DNA of 64,000 nucleotides. Origin: Candidatus Altiarchaeota archaeon. Its GTDB lineage: Archaea; Altiarchaeota; Altiarchaeia; IMC4; SCGC-AAA252-I15. The DNA lies in NCBI GenBank assembly GCA_043813075.1, contig JBDRLL010000033.1:6574-70573 (forward strand), written 5' to 3'. Each line of letters opens with the position of its first letter. The stretch's first letter is position 1. A program made the position numbers and the translations under genes. Of this stretch, positions 8,984 to 18,481 are shown piece by piece. Under the pieces are notes generated by a model. That model saw only the letters and a list, made by a program, of their open reading frames with translations. It did not search any database and was not told the DNA's origin.

Positions 8984-11900
8984 ATGGGCAAGGTCGTCCA
9001 TCACCCAAGGCATCCTGACGCCAGGGGCAAGGTTGTTCTGCAGGAGGACGGGGAGCATCTGACCATCAGGTTTAACGAAGAGCTTCTAGGGGCTAACACC
9101 CATCTCCTGGGCAGGCTGCATGATGCCACAGGCCATACGGCACTGAAGAAGCTTGGGTCAGACAGCGTTAAGAAGCTTGTCACCGTATTGGACAGCGAGC
9201 GCGCTCACCTGGAGGAGACTGGAGGTAACGCCGATGAGAAGAGGCTTGTGGGCAGGGCGCTGGACGCACTAGTACTGCATTTGCATAGGATTGGCGAGGG
9301 ACATGATCTCCCGAACCATCTGTCGAGCCGCCACTTCTTTGCCAGGGAGTCGGAACTGCATAACCTGAGCGTTGGTGATATGAGGAGCAGGCTGTCCGCC
9401 TTCCTGTCGCCGACGAGGATCATGGACGCCAGCAATCCGGCGATGCACTTGAGGGCTATTATGACGCACAGACCGCAGAGGAGTGAAGAGGATTCGGGTT
9501 TCTTTTATGACAGTGACATACAGTGTTTCGTGAGGGATGATGTGGAGCCGATGCTTGAAAGGGATGACTTGAGCGCTAGGACAGTCAGGAGGAGCATCAG
9601 CGAGGGCCGGGTGGTGACCACACTTACCACCAGGTCAAGCCATGTCATAGAGTTCAGGGATGGATCTCCAGTCCTGACTGCGATTGGGGGTAGGAATTGC
9701 GAGCATTTGACTCTTGACAGAGACGGTAATACAACACCCTTACTTGCCGAAATCCAGGAGTCTATCGACATACATGACTTTGGTTCAAGCCCTGGGGGCA
9801 GGGCTCTCGCCAGCAGGTTGAGGCATGCTACTGAGCATATGAAATGGAAGGAGAAGCATGAGGCCCACGAGCAGTACAAGAGGCTTTGGAAGTCTCTTGG
9901 TCCTGATGAGAGGGCTGCGCTTGAGACTCCTGATGCTATCGCAGGCTTCATGGGGCCTAACTTGGGTGAGGGGGTTAGGCGTAGTATTGTTGATGGCATG
10001 CTGTCTAGGAGCATGTCGGCGGATGACGTTAGGGCAGTAGCTTCAGCGGAGTGCGTGGGTATGCTTGCGGCAGCGTATTCGAAGGAGGGTTATGGTGTTG
10101 TCGCAGACAACTATCTGGACAGGCTTGCTTCAGCCGCGCCCGCAGAGAAGGCCCTGCTCGGGCGCAGGGGTTTTGTGGAGGACTTGCGCAGTCACTTGTC
10201 TAAAGCCACTGGGGAGGATGGTCTTATGGGTCAAGTTGCGTCAAGAGTGAACGAGCTTGTGGACTATGTCGCAGACTCGTCCAGGCATCACGGGTGCAGG
10301 CAGGTGTTCACGCTCCACGGGGTTTCAAAGGCTTACTTGGGTGATAAGGACATGCGGTTGGATGTTCTGGAGGCTAATCTCCCGCAGGACGAGAGGACGC
10401 GGGCATTTCTTATAGACACTGGAATGGCAGCGTCAATGATAACAGAGTCATCTCACCGGGAGGTTCTGGTGGAGACCATGTCAAAGACCACGCCGGAGAT
10501 TGTGGACAGGATACGGGGGACTCTCGTGGAAGCCAGACTGAGGGACGGGAGCCTCACTGGATTCGGCAGGCTAGTCCTGTTCAGAGACCAGGAGAGCAGG
10601 AATGCGGTGGCCGCATGCGGTACAGTCGCGAGACTGGGGCCTTTGGCTGGTAACGCTTATCTGAACGCTGCAGTACAGAGCCTCCACGACAAGGCCACCA
10701 TCTACGCTGACCCGGATTACATAGCCCTCCTTGAGGCTTCCAGCGACGAGGCAGGCCAGGCGCTGGTCCACGGCCAGCACACCCTAGTGAATCATTGGGT
10801 GACTAACAGGGAGTTCTGGGGGAGTCAGGAGGCTAGAGCCATGTGCGGTGCCGCGGATTATAAGGTTATGAAGGCGCTTATCGCAGCGCACGATAAGTGG
10901 GAGAGGCTTCCTGACGGATTCGCCCAGGCTGGTACCGCACTCGCACAGGGCAATGCGAGTGAAGGGGAGATAGCCGCGTGGGCGAAGGCTGCTAAGGGCG
11001 GCCTGCAGAGCGCGTTGATGAATCAGGGGTGCGTGGCGAATCTCATGTCCATGGGTTCAGACCCGAACACGAGGGAGCCTAGGACTAAGGCTTTGCTGAG
11101 TGAGATGGGGGATCTTGTTGGTGAGAAAGTTTGGAGCCCGACTGGAAGGACTAGTGGGAGGAGGCGTCCTAGGGACGGCGGGGAGAATATGGGTAAGGCC
11201 ATAGTCGATACGCTGGCTGACGATGAGACTAGGAGGAGGCTGATGGGCCTCCCCAATGAGGAGGCGCTTAAAAACGGGTTCTCGCTGGCTGTGGACGAGA
11301 AGGCTCGTGGGAGAGCATACTGTGTGCCTGCGGCAGACGCCCTGCAGCATTCGGAGTTCATGCCCCCACAGATGGCTGCCATGTATCTGGGCGAGGCGAA
11401 GGAGGATCTGGACGAGCATGAGGAAGCGAGTAGGGGTAGTATGTTACGTGATAAAGCGCTCTTAAGATTGATTGCTGAGAAGCTTCCTGAGGGGGTGGCG
11501 GCCCACGTGGTCAAGATGATGGGGTCGATTCACTTCACGAGACCGGAGGAGTTGAAGGCGCTCCTGCGGGATGCTGAAGGGCCGGTTATCCCTGATGGGC
11601 TTACCGTTGAACAGGGTGGTTCACTGCTCTCGCTACAGATTGATGTTCCGGAGGGATTCCCGGTCGCTGACGTGAAGCGTGCTGTCGCAACCATGTGCGG
11701 GGCGGAGGCTGTAGCACCGACAGACTATGATGGCACGCCCATACCTGTGACGCCTGATAAGATGAAGAGCGAGAGCGTATCAACGTACATGAGCCACATG
11801 TCTGAAAAGAAGAATGACATGCACTTTGACCATGATGGGGTTGGGGGTCATTTAGAGGTTGTCAGGCAGGCGACCGAGACGTTCACCCTGCTAGGACCAC

Positions 11901-14500
11901 TCGGTTATGGTTATAGTCGCGAGGACTTTGACGGTAGGACGGAGGTATATGACTCCAGGACCGAAGTCGCGCAAGGGCTCACTGAGATGAGGCAGTTGGG
12001 CATTAAATTCAGTTACACGCCTGTCGTTGAGATGGGTGGTGAAGGCGGTAAAGAGAGGCGTGTCGTCACCACAGACCCGTGGACTTCCTACGCGTGCCAG
12101 ACTGGTTCAAGCTTGATTTTGGAGGATGCGCAGAGGATATGCGCGGATACCGGCTCGCTTCCCAGAGCATTCACGGACGGTGTTCTCGCGGGAGCTAGGA
12201 GGAGGGCGGGAAACACGGAGCCGGCAGGCCCGGAACTCCAGGCCAGCTTCCATGGAGGGATGTGCGAGCTGGCGCAACGTGTCAAGCCCATCGAGGGCTC
12301 CCTTAAGGTGGATCTGCTGGACTGGATTAGGTATGGCAACACGCACGCCCAGGTGGTTATGGATGCATTGGTAGCGGACCCGACTGCTCCAATAGCGGAA
12401 AACCTTGAGTCCAACTACTATAGTAAAGCAGAGCAGTTGGGGAAAGCGGTCGAAGGCCTGCGTAGGGTACGCAACGACTATCCCATAGACGCTGCATCAC
12501 TTGAGCCTGTGGTGTTAACCCAGACGCCGGAGGCTTGCGCAGCATTCATGAAGAGTCTGGAGCCGTTGGCTGATGACGAGAGGGGTAAGAGGCCGGAGCC
12601 TCTCCACGTTATTGCAGCCACTGCGTTAGTCAGCCCGATAGTCTCGGCGGGGGCTGACTTCACTGGAGTGACCGGTGAGGTGGGGAAGATACTGCAGGAG
12701 ACTACAGGCAACCCGTTGAGCATGCTGGTGACAGGATTAAAGCCGCTTGTAGAGGATGGGACGGTACATGACTTGGAGACTCTAGGCGCCTACGGTCACG
12801 CGTTGGCGAGAGTAACCCAGGTGAACGCTTCCAGCCAGGCGATGGAGATGGCGCTCACCCGCATCACGCCAAGGTATGAGGGGACCGAAGCACTGCCGCC
12901 CAGAAGTGTTGCAGAGGAGTGTGAAGTCTTCTGCGGATATCTCGGAGACTTTGGGCCGTCCAATATCCCGAGGCTCTACGAGACTTACCGCGGCATTAGG
13001 ATGGGTGCGGAGCCGAGTGAAGATGCGAAGGCTGCTGGCCTGACCAAGACCGGTGATCAGGGTGTGAGGCAGCTGAAGGCTTTGGAGGCGAGGGCGAGGA
13101 AGAAGCTGTTGGGCGACGACAGGAGCGTGCAGGTTGAAAGCCAGCTGGAGGCTGACATCATGACTTCGATGCTGAAGATCGAGACCAGCGACTGGGCGAG
13201 GGGTACGACTCTCGCAGACATACTGGAGCAGTTGAATGCAGCCATAGCTGACGGGCGTGTGGCGGATGTCCCAAAAGGCTATGATAGGGGGGTAATCAGG
13301 GTAGACAAGAAGGATGCCAAGGCGGTGGCTGAATTCCAGTTCCAGCCGCACGCGCACGAGAAGCTGGAGGATATCAGGGAGGACGTCAGGGCTGTGACAG
13401 GCAAGACTGTTGAAGAGGTTGTTGTGGAGGCGAGGACTGCCATAATCCAGGGCGCTGAAGCCCAGGTAAGGGCGCTTGAGGATTCACTAGCCCAGGCAGA
13501 CCCTTCAGAGAAAGGATACGCTGGCAGGAAGAAGGGCTGTGAGATGAGGATACGAAGATACAGGGAACTGGCGGAGAGGGTGAAGGACCAGGATACTGTG
13601 GAAGGCTTCGTGGAAACCGTCGCCAGCTGGGAGGGCAAGAAGGATGACGAAGTGACCACAACCCACCTTAGGAGGGTCCTGATAAGCTACGGCATGTCAC
13701 AGAAGTCTGATGGCGGCGGAAAATTCAGGAGGGCTGTCGAGTCCCCGCTCAAGGACGGTATCGAAGACGTGAATGAATTCTACGAGATACTCTTGAGGAA
13801 GCACATCCTAGGCCCCAACGACCAGGTTGAGGGTTATCTGCCGCTTTCAAAAGAAGCGAAAAAGAGGGCGCAGCAGGTGGTTCGCCAGCCCACCATAGAG
13901 GAGGAGTTGAGTAGGAGGGAGAACATTGCTGCTGCAGGGAAGGAGGAGATTCTTGTGGTGCCGTCAAGGGGATTGAGGGGTGAGACCTGCGGCTACTACT
14001 CTGACGCATGCTACACGAGCGTGAATGGCATGCTTGAGGGGCACCCCAACATAGTGCCACTAACGCTTGTGAGAGGCCCTGAGACACCGTCAGAGAGGAT
14101 TATCGGCGGTGTGCTGGTGATAGAGGCTCAGACAGCTGAGAGAAGGGGTCTTGGAGGGGAAGTGATCCCATCAGAAAAGGTTCTGGTGCTGAGGGCAGTG
14201 AACCCGCAGGAGACTGCCATCAGGGCGCTCAAGGCGGACAGTTTCATGGAAGAATTCATTGACGGGTATGTCGTCCCAACTGCACGTAAGAGGGGTGCTA
14301 TGAGGATACTCGTAGCCAAGAGCGCTGCTGGCGCTTCCATGACCAACAGGCCAAGCATAGCGGACTACGTGAACGGGGAGGGAAGTCCATACGAGAGCGC
14401 TGAGGTGATACCGCTCGCTGATGAGCCTCCGAGCACATTCAACGGCTATGACATAAGAGGCAAGTGCGTGCTGGTGAGAGACCTTGCTAAATCAGCATAG
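8984..14500 (+). CDS. Giant orphan protein (1838 aa), predicted cytoplasmic, no recognisable domain
   Basis: This is a single uninterrupted ORF with no signal peptide or TM segment. It is rich in Ala/Glu/Arg/Gly/Leu. It has its own AT-rich box (ctattattatcg, 8953-8964) about 25 nt upstream of the ATG, which suggests a leaderless transcript. All other frames contain only short shadow ORFs. Confidence 0.8.
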   Translation: MGKVVHHPRHPDARGKVVLQEDGEHLTIRFNEELLGANTHLLGRLHDATGHTALKKLGSDSVKKLVTVLDSERAHLEETGGNADEKRLVGRALDALVLHLHRIGEGHDLPNHLSSRHFFARESELHNLSVGDMRSRLSAFLSPTRIMDASNPAMHLRAIMTHRPQRSEEDSGFFYDSDIQCFVRDDVEPMLERDDLSARTVRRSISEGRVVTTLTTRSSHVIEFRDGSPVLTAIGGRNCEHLTLDRDGNTTPLLAEIQESIDIHDFGSSPGGRALASRLRHATEHMKWKEKHEAHEQYKRLWKSLGPDERAALETPDAIAGFMGPNLGEGVRRSIVDGMLSRSMSADDVRAVASAECVGMLAAAYSKEGYGVVADNYLDRLASAAPAEKALLGRRGFVEDLRSHLSKATGEDGLMGQVASRVNELVDYVADSSRHHGCRQVFTLHGVSKAYLGDKDMRLDVLEANLPQDERTRAFLIDTGMAASMITESSHREVLVETMSKTTPEIVDRIRGTLVEARLRDGSLTGFGRLVLFRDQESRNAVAACGTVARLGPLAGNAYLNAAVQSLHDKATIYADPDYIALLEASSDEAGQALVHGQHTLVNHWVTNREFWGSQEARAMCGAADYKVMKALIAAHDKWERLPDGFAQAGTALAQGNASEGEIAAWAKAAKGGLQSALMNQGCVANLMSMGSDPNTREPRTKALLSEMGDLVGEKVWSPTGRTSGRRRPRDGGENMGKAIVDTLADDETRRRLMGLPNEEALKNGFSLAVDEKARGRAYCVPAADALQHSEFMPPQMAAMYLGEAKEDLDEHEEASRGSMLRDKALLRLIAEKLPEGVAAHVVKMMGSIHFTRPEELKALLRDAEGPVIPDGLTVEQGGSLLSLQIDVPEGFPVADVKRAVATMCGAEAVAPTDYDGTPIPVTPDKMKSESVSTYMSHMSEKKNDMHFDHDGVGGHLEVVRQATETFTLLGPLGYGYSREDFDGRTEVYDSRTEVAQGLTEMRQLGIKFSYTPVVEMGGEGGKERRVVTTDPWTSYACQTGSSLILEDAQRICADTGSLPRAFTDGVLAGARRRAGNTEPAGPELQASFHGGMCELAQRVKPIEGSLKVDLLDWIRYGNTHAQVVMDALVADPTAPIAENLESNYYSKAEQLGKAVEGLRRVRNDYPIDAASLEPVVLTQTPEACAAFMKSLEPLADDERGKRPEPLHVIAATALVSPIVSAGADFTGVTGEVGKILQETTGNPLSMLVTGLKPLVEDGTVHDLETLGAYGHALARVTQVNASSQAMEMALTRITPRYEGTEALPPRSVAEECEVFCGYLGDFGPSNIPRLYETYRGIRMGAEPSEDAKAAGLTKTGDQGVRQLKALEARARKKLLGDDRSVQVESQLEADIMTSMLKIETSDWARGTTLADILEQLNAAIADGRVADVPKGYDRGVIRVDKKDAKAVAEFQFQPHAHEKLEDIREDVRAVTGKTVEEVVVEARTAIIQGAEAQVRALEDSLAQADPSEKGYAGRKKGCEMRIRRYRELAERVKDQDTVEGFVETVASWEGKKDDEVTTTHLRRVLISYGMSQKSDGGGKFRRAVESPLKDGIEDVNEFYEILLRKHILGPNDQVEGYLPLSKEAKKRAQQVVRQPTIEEELSRRENIAAAGKEEILVVPSRGLRGETCGYYSDACYTSVNGMLEGHPNIVPLTLVRGPETPSERIIGGVLVIEAQTAERRGLGGEVIPSEKVLVLRAVNPQETAIRALKADSFMEEFIDGYVVPTARKRGAMRILVAKSAAGASMTNRPSIADYVNGEGSPYESAEVIPLADEPPSTFNGYDIRGKCVLVRDLAKSA

Positions 14501-14501
14501 A

Positions 14502-15281
14502 TTATCCGACAGTACCTATCCGGAATAGCCTGCAGTCGTGTTTAGAGCAGATTTTCTCGAGGCTGACATAATCATATTCTGATAGGGTGATTATGAAGTT
14601 GTCTAGGTTCCTTGCCATCGGGTAGGGTAGGTCGGCGCTTAGTGTGAATCTATTTCCTGACTTCTCGCTCATCTCATACACGACCGAAACCAGCCCGCCT
14701 TTGGTGACGTCCTTAGCGGAGTTGACTTTGACTCCGGACGCTAGTGCCGCATACCATGCCCCGAACATTTTCCTGGCCTTCCCTAGCCTCTCATCCATCC
14801 CACCCCATAGGGGCTCGCCGAGGAGGCATATTATGTCACCGTTTTCCGCCCCTGAGTCCCGGATGGGCTCGTCAAGCAGGAGTTCGCCCAACACGGTGAG
14901 GCTGCAGCGCGGTTCCACATCCTCGAAGAGGGTGTTGCCGCCGAGTAGGGGGATTTTCAATGCGAGTGACTGTTTCTTGAGTGAATCAATCATCTCCCCC
15001 AGATCGGCCTTGGGGCCTATTATTGAGTCCATTGCGAATAGCGGCCTGCCGCCCTTGACGACGACGTCTGTCGCCGCATGAACCAGAGCACTCTTCAAGA
15101 CCAGGCGCTTGCTGTACGGCCCGTCGACGCTCGCAAGGAGGCGGCCTTTGAAGTCCACACATACGGAGTCATCCCAGTCCCTGACACCCATAACCGGGTT
15201 GGCCAGCTCGTCCATATCCAGGAGCTTCTCCCGTATCCACTCTAGGGCTTTAACATACTTCTCAGAGACGTCGTCTGCCAT
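14502..15281 (-). CDS. AIR synthase (PurM)-related ATP-binding protein (ThiL/HypE/SelD-like superfamily)
   Basis: The N-domain signature is SVDGPYSK...HAATDVVVKGGRPLFAMDSIIGP and the C-domain is GGNT...SAKDVTKGGL. The protein is shorter (259 aa) than canonical PurM. Confidence 0.5.
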   Translation of the reverse strand: MADDVSEKYVKALEWIREKLLDMDELANPVMGVRDWDDSVCVDFKGRLLASVDGPYSKRLVLKSALVHAATDVVVKGGRPLFAMDSIIGPKADLGEMIDSLKKQSLALKIPLLGGNTLFEDVEPRCSLTVLGELLLDEPIRDSGAENGDIICLLGEPLWGGMDERLGKARKMFGAWYAALASGVKVNSAKDVTKGGLVSVVYEMSEKSGNRFTLSADLPYPMARNLDNFIITLSEYDYVSLEKICSKHDCRLFRIGTVG

Positions 15282-15716
15282 TCACACCATCTCCCTCAGC
15301 TTGTCAAGACCAGGGCACATCCTGGAGTCAGTGCAGAACCAGATGCCGTAGAGCCGGTAGAATGGGAATTCACGGCATACAGCCGGCCTGTGCCCGTGCA
15401 CCCTGCACTTGTCGTCCTTAAGGAAGACACAGCGGCCGTTAACCCGCTTCAGGGAGCCTTCCCCATCTACGCTGGCGGAGAAGCCGGTTTCACCCGCGTC
15501 CGCGAGCCTCTTAACGTCTTCAGGAGTAACGGGGGTTATCCTAAAGCGGCAGCAGTTACCACAGCACGTGCACTTGAATTCATGCCTCACACGGCCTAGG
15601 AGATAGGCTCGATGCATCTTAGGCAGGATTGCCGCTATTACCCCAGCGACCATGAAGACGAGTACCGTTAAGACTGAGAACATGGAGAGAGGGTCGACCA
15701 TAATAAGATTCTGCAA
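15282..15716 (-). CDS. YkgJ-family (UPF0153) Cys-cluster zinc/iron-chelating protein with N-terminal TM helix
   Basis: It carries the CTCCGNCCRF motif plus downstream Cys residues (CVFLKDDKCRVH, CREFP). It abuts the upstream gene. Confidence 0.65.
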   Translation of the reverse strand: MQNLIMVDPLSMFSVLTVLVFMVAGVIAAILPKMHRAYLLGRVRHEFKCTCCGNCCRFRITPVTPEDVKRLADAGETGFSASVDGEGSLKRVNGRCVFLKDDKCRVHGHRPAVCREFPFYRLYGIWFCTDSRMCPGLDKLREMV

Positions 15717-15800
15717 TACAAAATAAAAAAATCAGGGGGAAAATAGGGCAGTATTTTTAAAGGAAAACAACATAAGATTAAACGCTTTTAATTCCGGGGA

Positions 15801-16211
15801 ATGGTGATGCCAGGTAAAAAAACAGTTAAAAAAACTAGTAAAAAACCAAAACCTACTTCTAAAAAGAAGTCTCCAGGAAAAACAGGCAACAAGGTTGCTA
15901 AGGAAAATACGGCTAAAAAGTCTGTGAAAAAGAAGTCCACGATGGATAAAAAACCTAAAACCAATGCGAAAACGAAGGCGGCGCCGAAGGCGAAGACTAT
16001 TAAGTGCTGTAAGCACTGCGTGGACTACGAGCACTGCAAGGATAAGGGGGAATGCTGCAACTACTGCGACTTCTACTTCAAGGGCAAGTGCATGTACGAG
16101 AAGGAGAAGAACCTGATACCCAAGGACCCTTGCGTCATAGAGATGAACGACTATAGGGGAGACGATTTCGGTATAGACGACCACGAAGCCTACGAGTCAC
16201 TCTACGAGTAG
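15801..16211 (+). CDS. Small protein with a Lys-rich basic N-terminal tail, Cys-rich core and acidic C-terminus
   Basis: The 136-aa protein has about 65 aa of KK-rich sequence, then CCKHCVDYEHCKDKGECCNYCDFYFKGKC, then an acidic end. An AT-rich promoter-like region lies at 15717-15800. The antisense ORF 15732-16184 has an implausible composition. Confidence 0.55.
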   Translation: MVMPGKKTVKKTSKKPKPTSKKKSPGKTGNKVAKENTAKKSVKKKSTMDKKPKTNAKTKAAPKAKTIKCCKHCVDYEHCKDKGECCNYCDFYFKGKCMYEKEKNLIPKDPCVIEMNDYRGDDFGIDDHEAYESLYE

Positions 16212-17008
16212 TTCATGCTGCCTGTGCGGTAACCTTTAAGGTCCATCGTAACCCGATTGAATCCAAGCCCCAACAGCCTATCAGAGATTATGTCCCTATT
16301 ATCGTATACTTTATCAAATTCTCCTGGATCAACCTCTATTACTGCAACATCGCCTAAACACCTGACCCTCACCTGCCTGACACCTAATGACCTGACCACC
16401 GACTCCGCGTCTGAGACCGTGGACAGTAACTCCCCGGTTATCTCGGTGCCGTATGGGATTCTTGAGGCGAGGCATGCGGTAGACGGCTTGTCGTGGTTTG
16501 GGAGTCGGAGAGACTCAGAAAGAGCGCGCACGTCATCCTTGGTGAACCCAAGTTCTGCTAGGGGGCTTAGAATCCCCATCTCCCTAAGAGCCATGTAGCC
16601 GGGCCTGTGTCCTCTAATCTCACTGGCATTAGTGCCCTCCACGATTGTCTTGACCCCGTATTCGGCAGCAATCTTACGCATCTTCAAGGCCAGCTCATGC
16701 TTACAGTAGTAGCAACGGTCTTCAGGATTGGACTTGAAGCCTTCACTAGCCAGCTCGTTGTGGGGGCACAGGATATGATTTATGCCGATGACCCCCGCTA
16801 TCTCGCCGGCAGAACCGACTTCACTCGGGTCTGATGTTGGGGATACGAGAGTGACTGCGATTGCCTTTTCACCCAGCGTGTCGTGGGAGACCTTAGCCAG
16901 GAGGCTGGAGTCCACACCCCCTGAGAACGCTATTATCACCCCATCAAGGCCTTTGAAGAAGTCTGATAGGCGCTGTTTTTTAGCCTTCAAATCCTCTGGC
17001 ATAAGCAT
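16202..17008 (-). CDS. larE: LarE-like PP-loop ATP-dependent sulfur transferase (COG1606)
   Basis: It has the PP-loop IAFSGGVDSS and the LarE-type TACLASRIPYG cysteine motif. Confidence 0.75.
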   Translation of the reverse strand: MLMPEDLKAKKQRLSDFFKGLDGVIIAFSGGVDSSLLAKVSHDTLGEKAIAVTLVSPTSDPSEVGSAGEIAGVIGINHILCPHNELASEGFKSNPEDRCYYCKHELALKMRKIAAEYGVKTIVEGTNASEIRGHRPGYMALREMGILSPLAELGFTKDDVRALSESLRLPNHDKPSTACLASRIPYGTEITGELLSTVSDAESVVRSLGVRQVRVRCLGDVAVIEVDPGEFDKVYDNRDIISDRLLGLGFNRVTMDLKGYRTGSMNYS

Positions 17009-17037
17009 ATATTACCGGTGAAAAACTATAAGAATAC

Positions 17038-18304
17038 GATGGTCGAATCGAGGATGCCGGGATTCTACAAGAAGACTGTTGGTGAGCGGAGAAGAGAGGT
17101 TGTCGGGCAGGCAGGATTGAGCGGTGAGGAGGAGGATTGCCTCAAGTCTGGGGGGCTTGACGAGAAGACTTCAGACAGGATGATAGAGAACGTTGTTGGA
17201 TTGTTCAGCCTGCCGCTTGGAGTTGCGACAAACTTCCTGATAAACGGGAGAGACTACCTGATACCCATGGCCACTGAGGAGCCTTCCGTGGTGGCTGCCG
17301 CGAGCAATGCCGCCAAGATGGCTCGTGGCTCGGGCGGTTTCACTGTGGAGTCCGGAGACCAGCTGATGATTGGTCAGATACAGGTTGTTGGTGTTGACCC
17401 GGGGGAAGCTGGTGAGAAGGTTTTAGCTGGTGAGGAAGGTCTGCTGGAGCTCGCAAACCAGCAGGATCCGGTTCTTGTTAAGTTCGGCGGGGGTGCGAGG
17501 AGGATAGAGGCGAGAAGTATTGACACGAAAGAGGGTCCTATGCTGGTAGTCCACGTTATAGTGGATGTCAGGGATGCGATGGGCGCTAACGCAGTCAACA
17601 CCATGTGTGAGGCGCTTGCACCTGAGATAGAATCGTTGACTGGGGGGGAGGCCATACTGAGGATAATATCAAATTATGCGGTGGAAAGGGTTGTTAAGGC
17701 GAGTGCATTGTTCCCTGCCGAGAAGTTGGGGGGTGATCGTGTTGTGGAGAGAATCTTGAAAGCCTATGCTCTTGCTGACGCTGACGTTCACAGGGCGGTC
17801 ACACACAACAAGGGGATTATGAACGGGATAAGCGCGGTTGTCAGGGCGACTGGCAACGACACGCGAGCCGTTGAAGCGGGATGCCACGCCTACGCGTGCC
17901 GTGACGGCAGGTACAGGAGCCTAACAAGGCACATGATAAACGGGGATGGGGACTTGGAGGCGAGTATTGAAGTTCCTATCGCAGTCGGCATAATAGGCGG
18001 CGCCACGAAAAGCCATCCGGTAGCCCATGCGGCACTGAAGATTATGGGGGTTAAAAGCGCTGGAGAGCTTTCCGGCATAATAGCGGCGGTTGGGCTTGCC
18101 CAGAACCTGGCTGCACTGAGGGCTCTGAGCGATGAGGGCATACAGAAGGGTCATATGGGACTGCACGCTAGAAACATTGCGGTAATGGCAGGTGCTGGAG
18201 ACGAAATCGTTGATGAGGTTGCTAGAGAACTTGCCGAATCGGGGACGGTAAGGATGGATAAGGCTAGGGAGATTATTAAAAAGATAAAGGAAAAGTCCGT
18301 TTAA
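17038..18304 (+). CDS. hmgA: HMG-CoA reductase, class II
   Basis: It is collinear with the Pseudomonas mevalonii-type enzyme: SRMPGF, ENVVG, EEPSVVAAAS, VDVRDAMGANAVN, THNKGIMNGI, GGATKSHP and IQKGHMGLHARNIAV. I chose the ATG at 17038 over the GTG at 17018 by N-terminal analogy. Confidence 0.92.
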
Positions 18305-18435
18305 TGCATTAGACCATACTCGTAGCCTATCTTCATGCCAATCAAGAATGCGGCGCCAACCAGTGTTGAAACCACTATGCCGACCAGCGTGAATTCAAGC
18401 TGCATGAAACCTTCCTTGGTTTTAGGTAGCATCAT
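18301..18435 (-). CDS. Possible 44-aa single-TM micro-protein
   Basis: This manual ORF is below the track threshold: MMLPKTKEGFMQLEFTLVGIVVSTLVGAAFLIGMKIGYEYGLMH. It lies 46 nt downstream of map on the same strand. Confidence 0.3.
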   Translation of the reverse strand: MMLPKTKEGFMQLEFTLVGIVVSTLVGAAFLIGMKIGYEYGLMH

Positions 18436-18481
18436 ATCACCTGTTGTTAGATATTATAATCAGTATAAAAAAGGAGTGGAT

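Noticed and set aside
8984-14500. Interpreting the giant ORF as a recently transferred genomic island because it looks GC-richer
   Set aside because: There are no flanking tRNA genes, integrases, repeats or mobility genes. The host-like AGG/ATA codon preference persists. The GC excess can be explained by the Ala/Gly/Arg/Glu-rich composition. This needs a windowed GC3 calculation before any claim.
15732-16184. A 150-aa minus-strand ORF overlapping the Lys/Cys-rich gene
   Set aside because: Its product is an L/F/R/V-rich mirror of the Lys-rich coding strand (AAA/AAG read backwards gives TTT/CTT). The promoter-like AT-rich region lies upstream of the plus-strand start.
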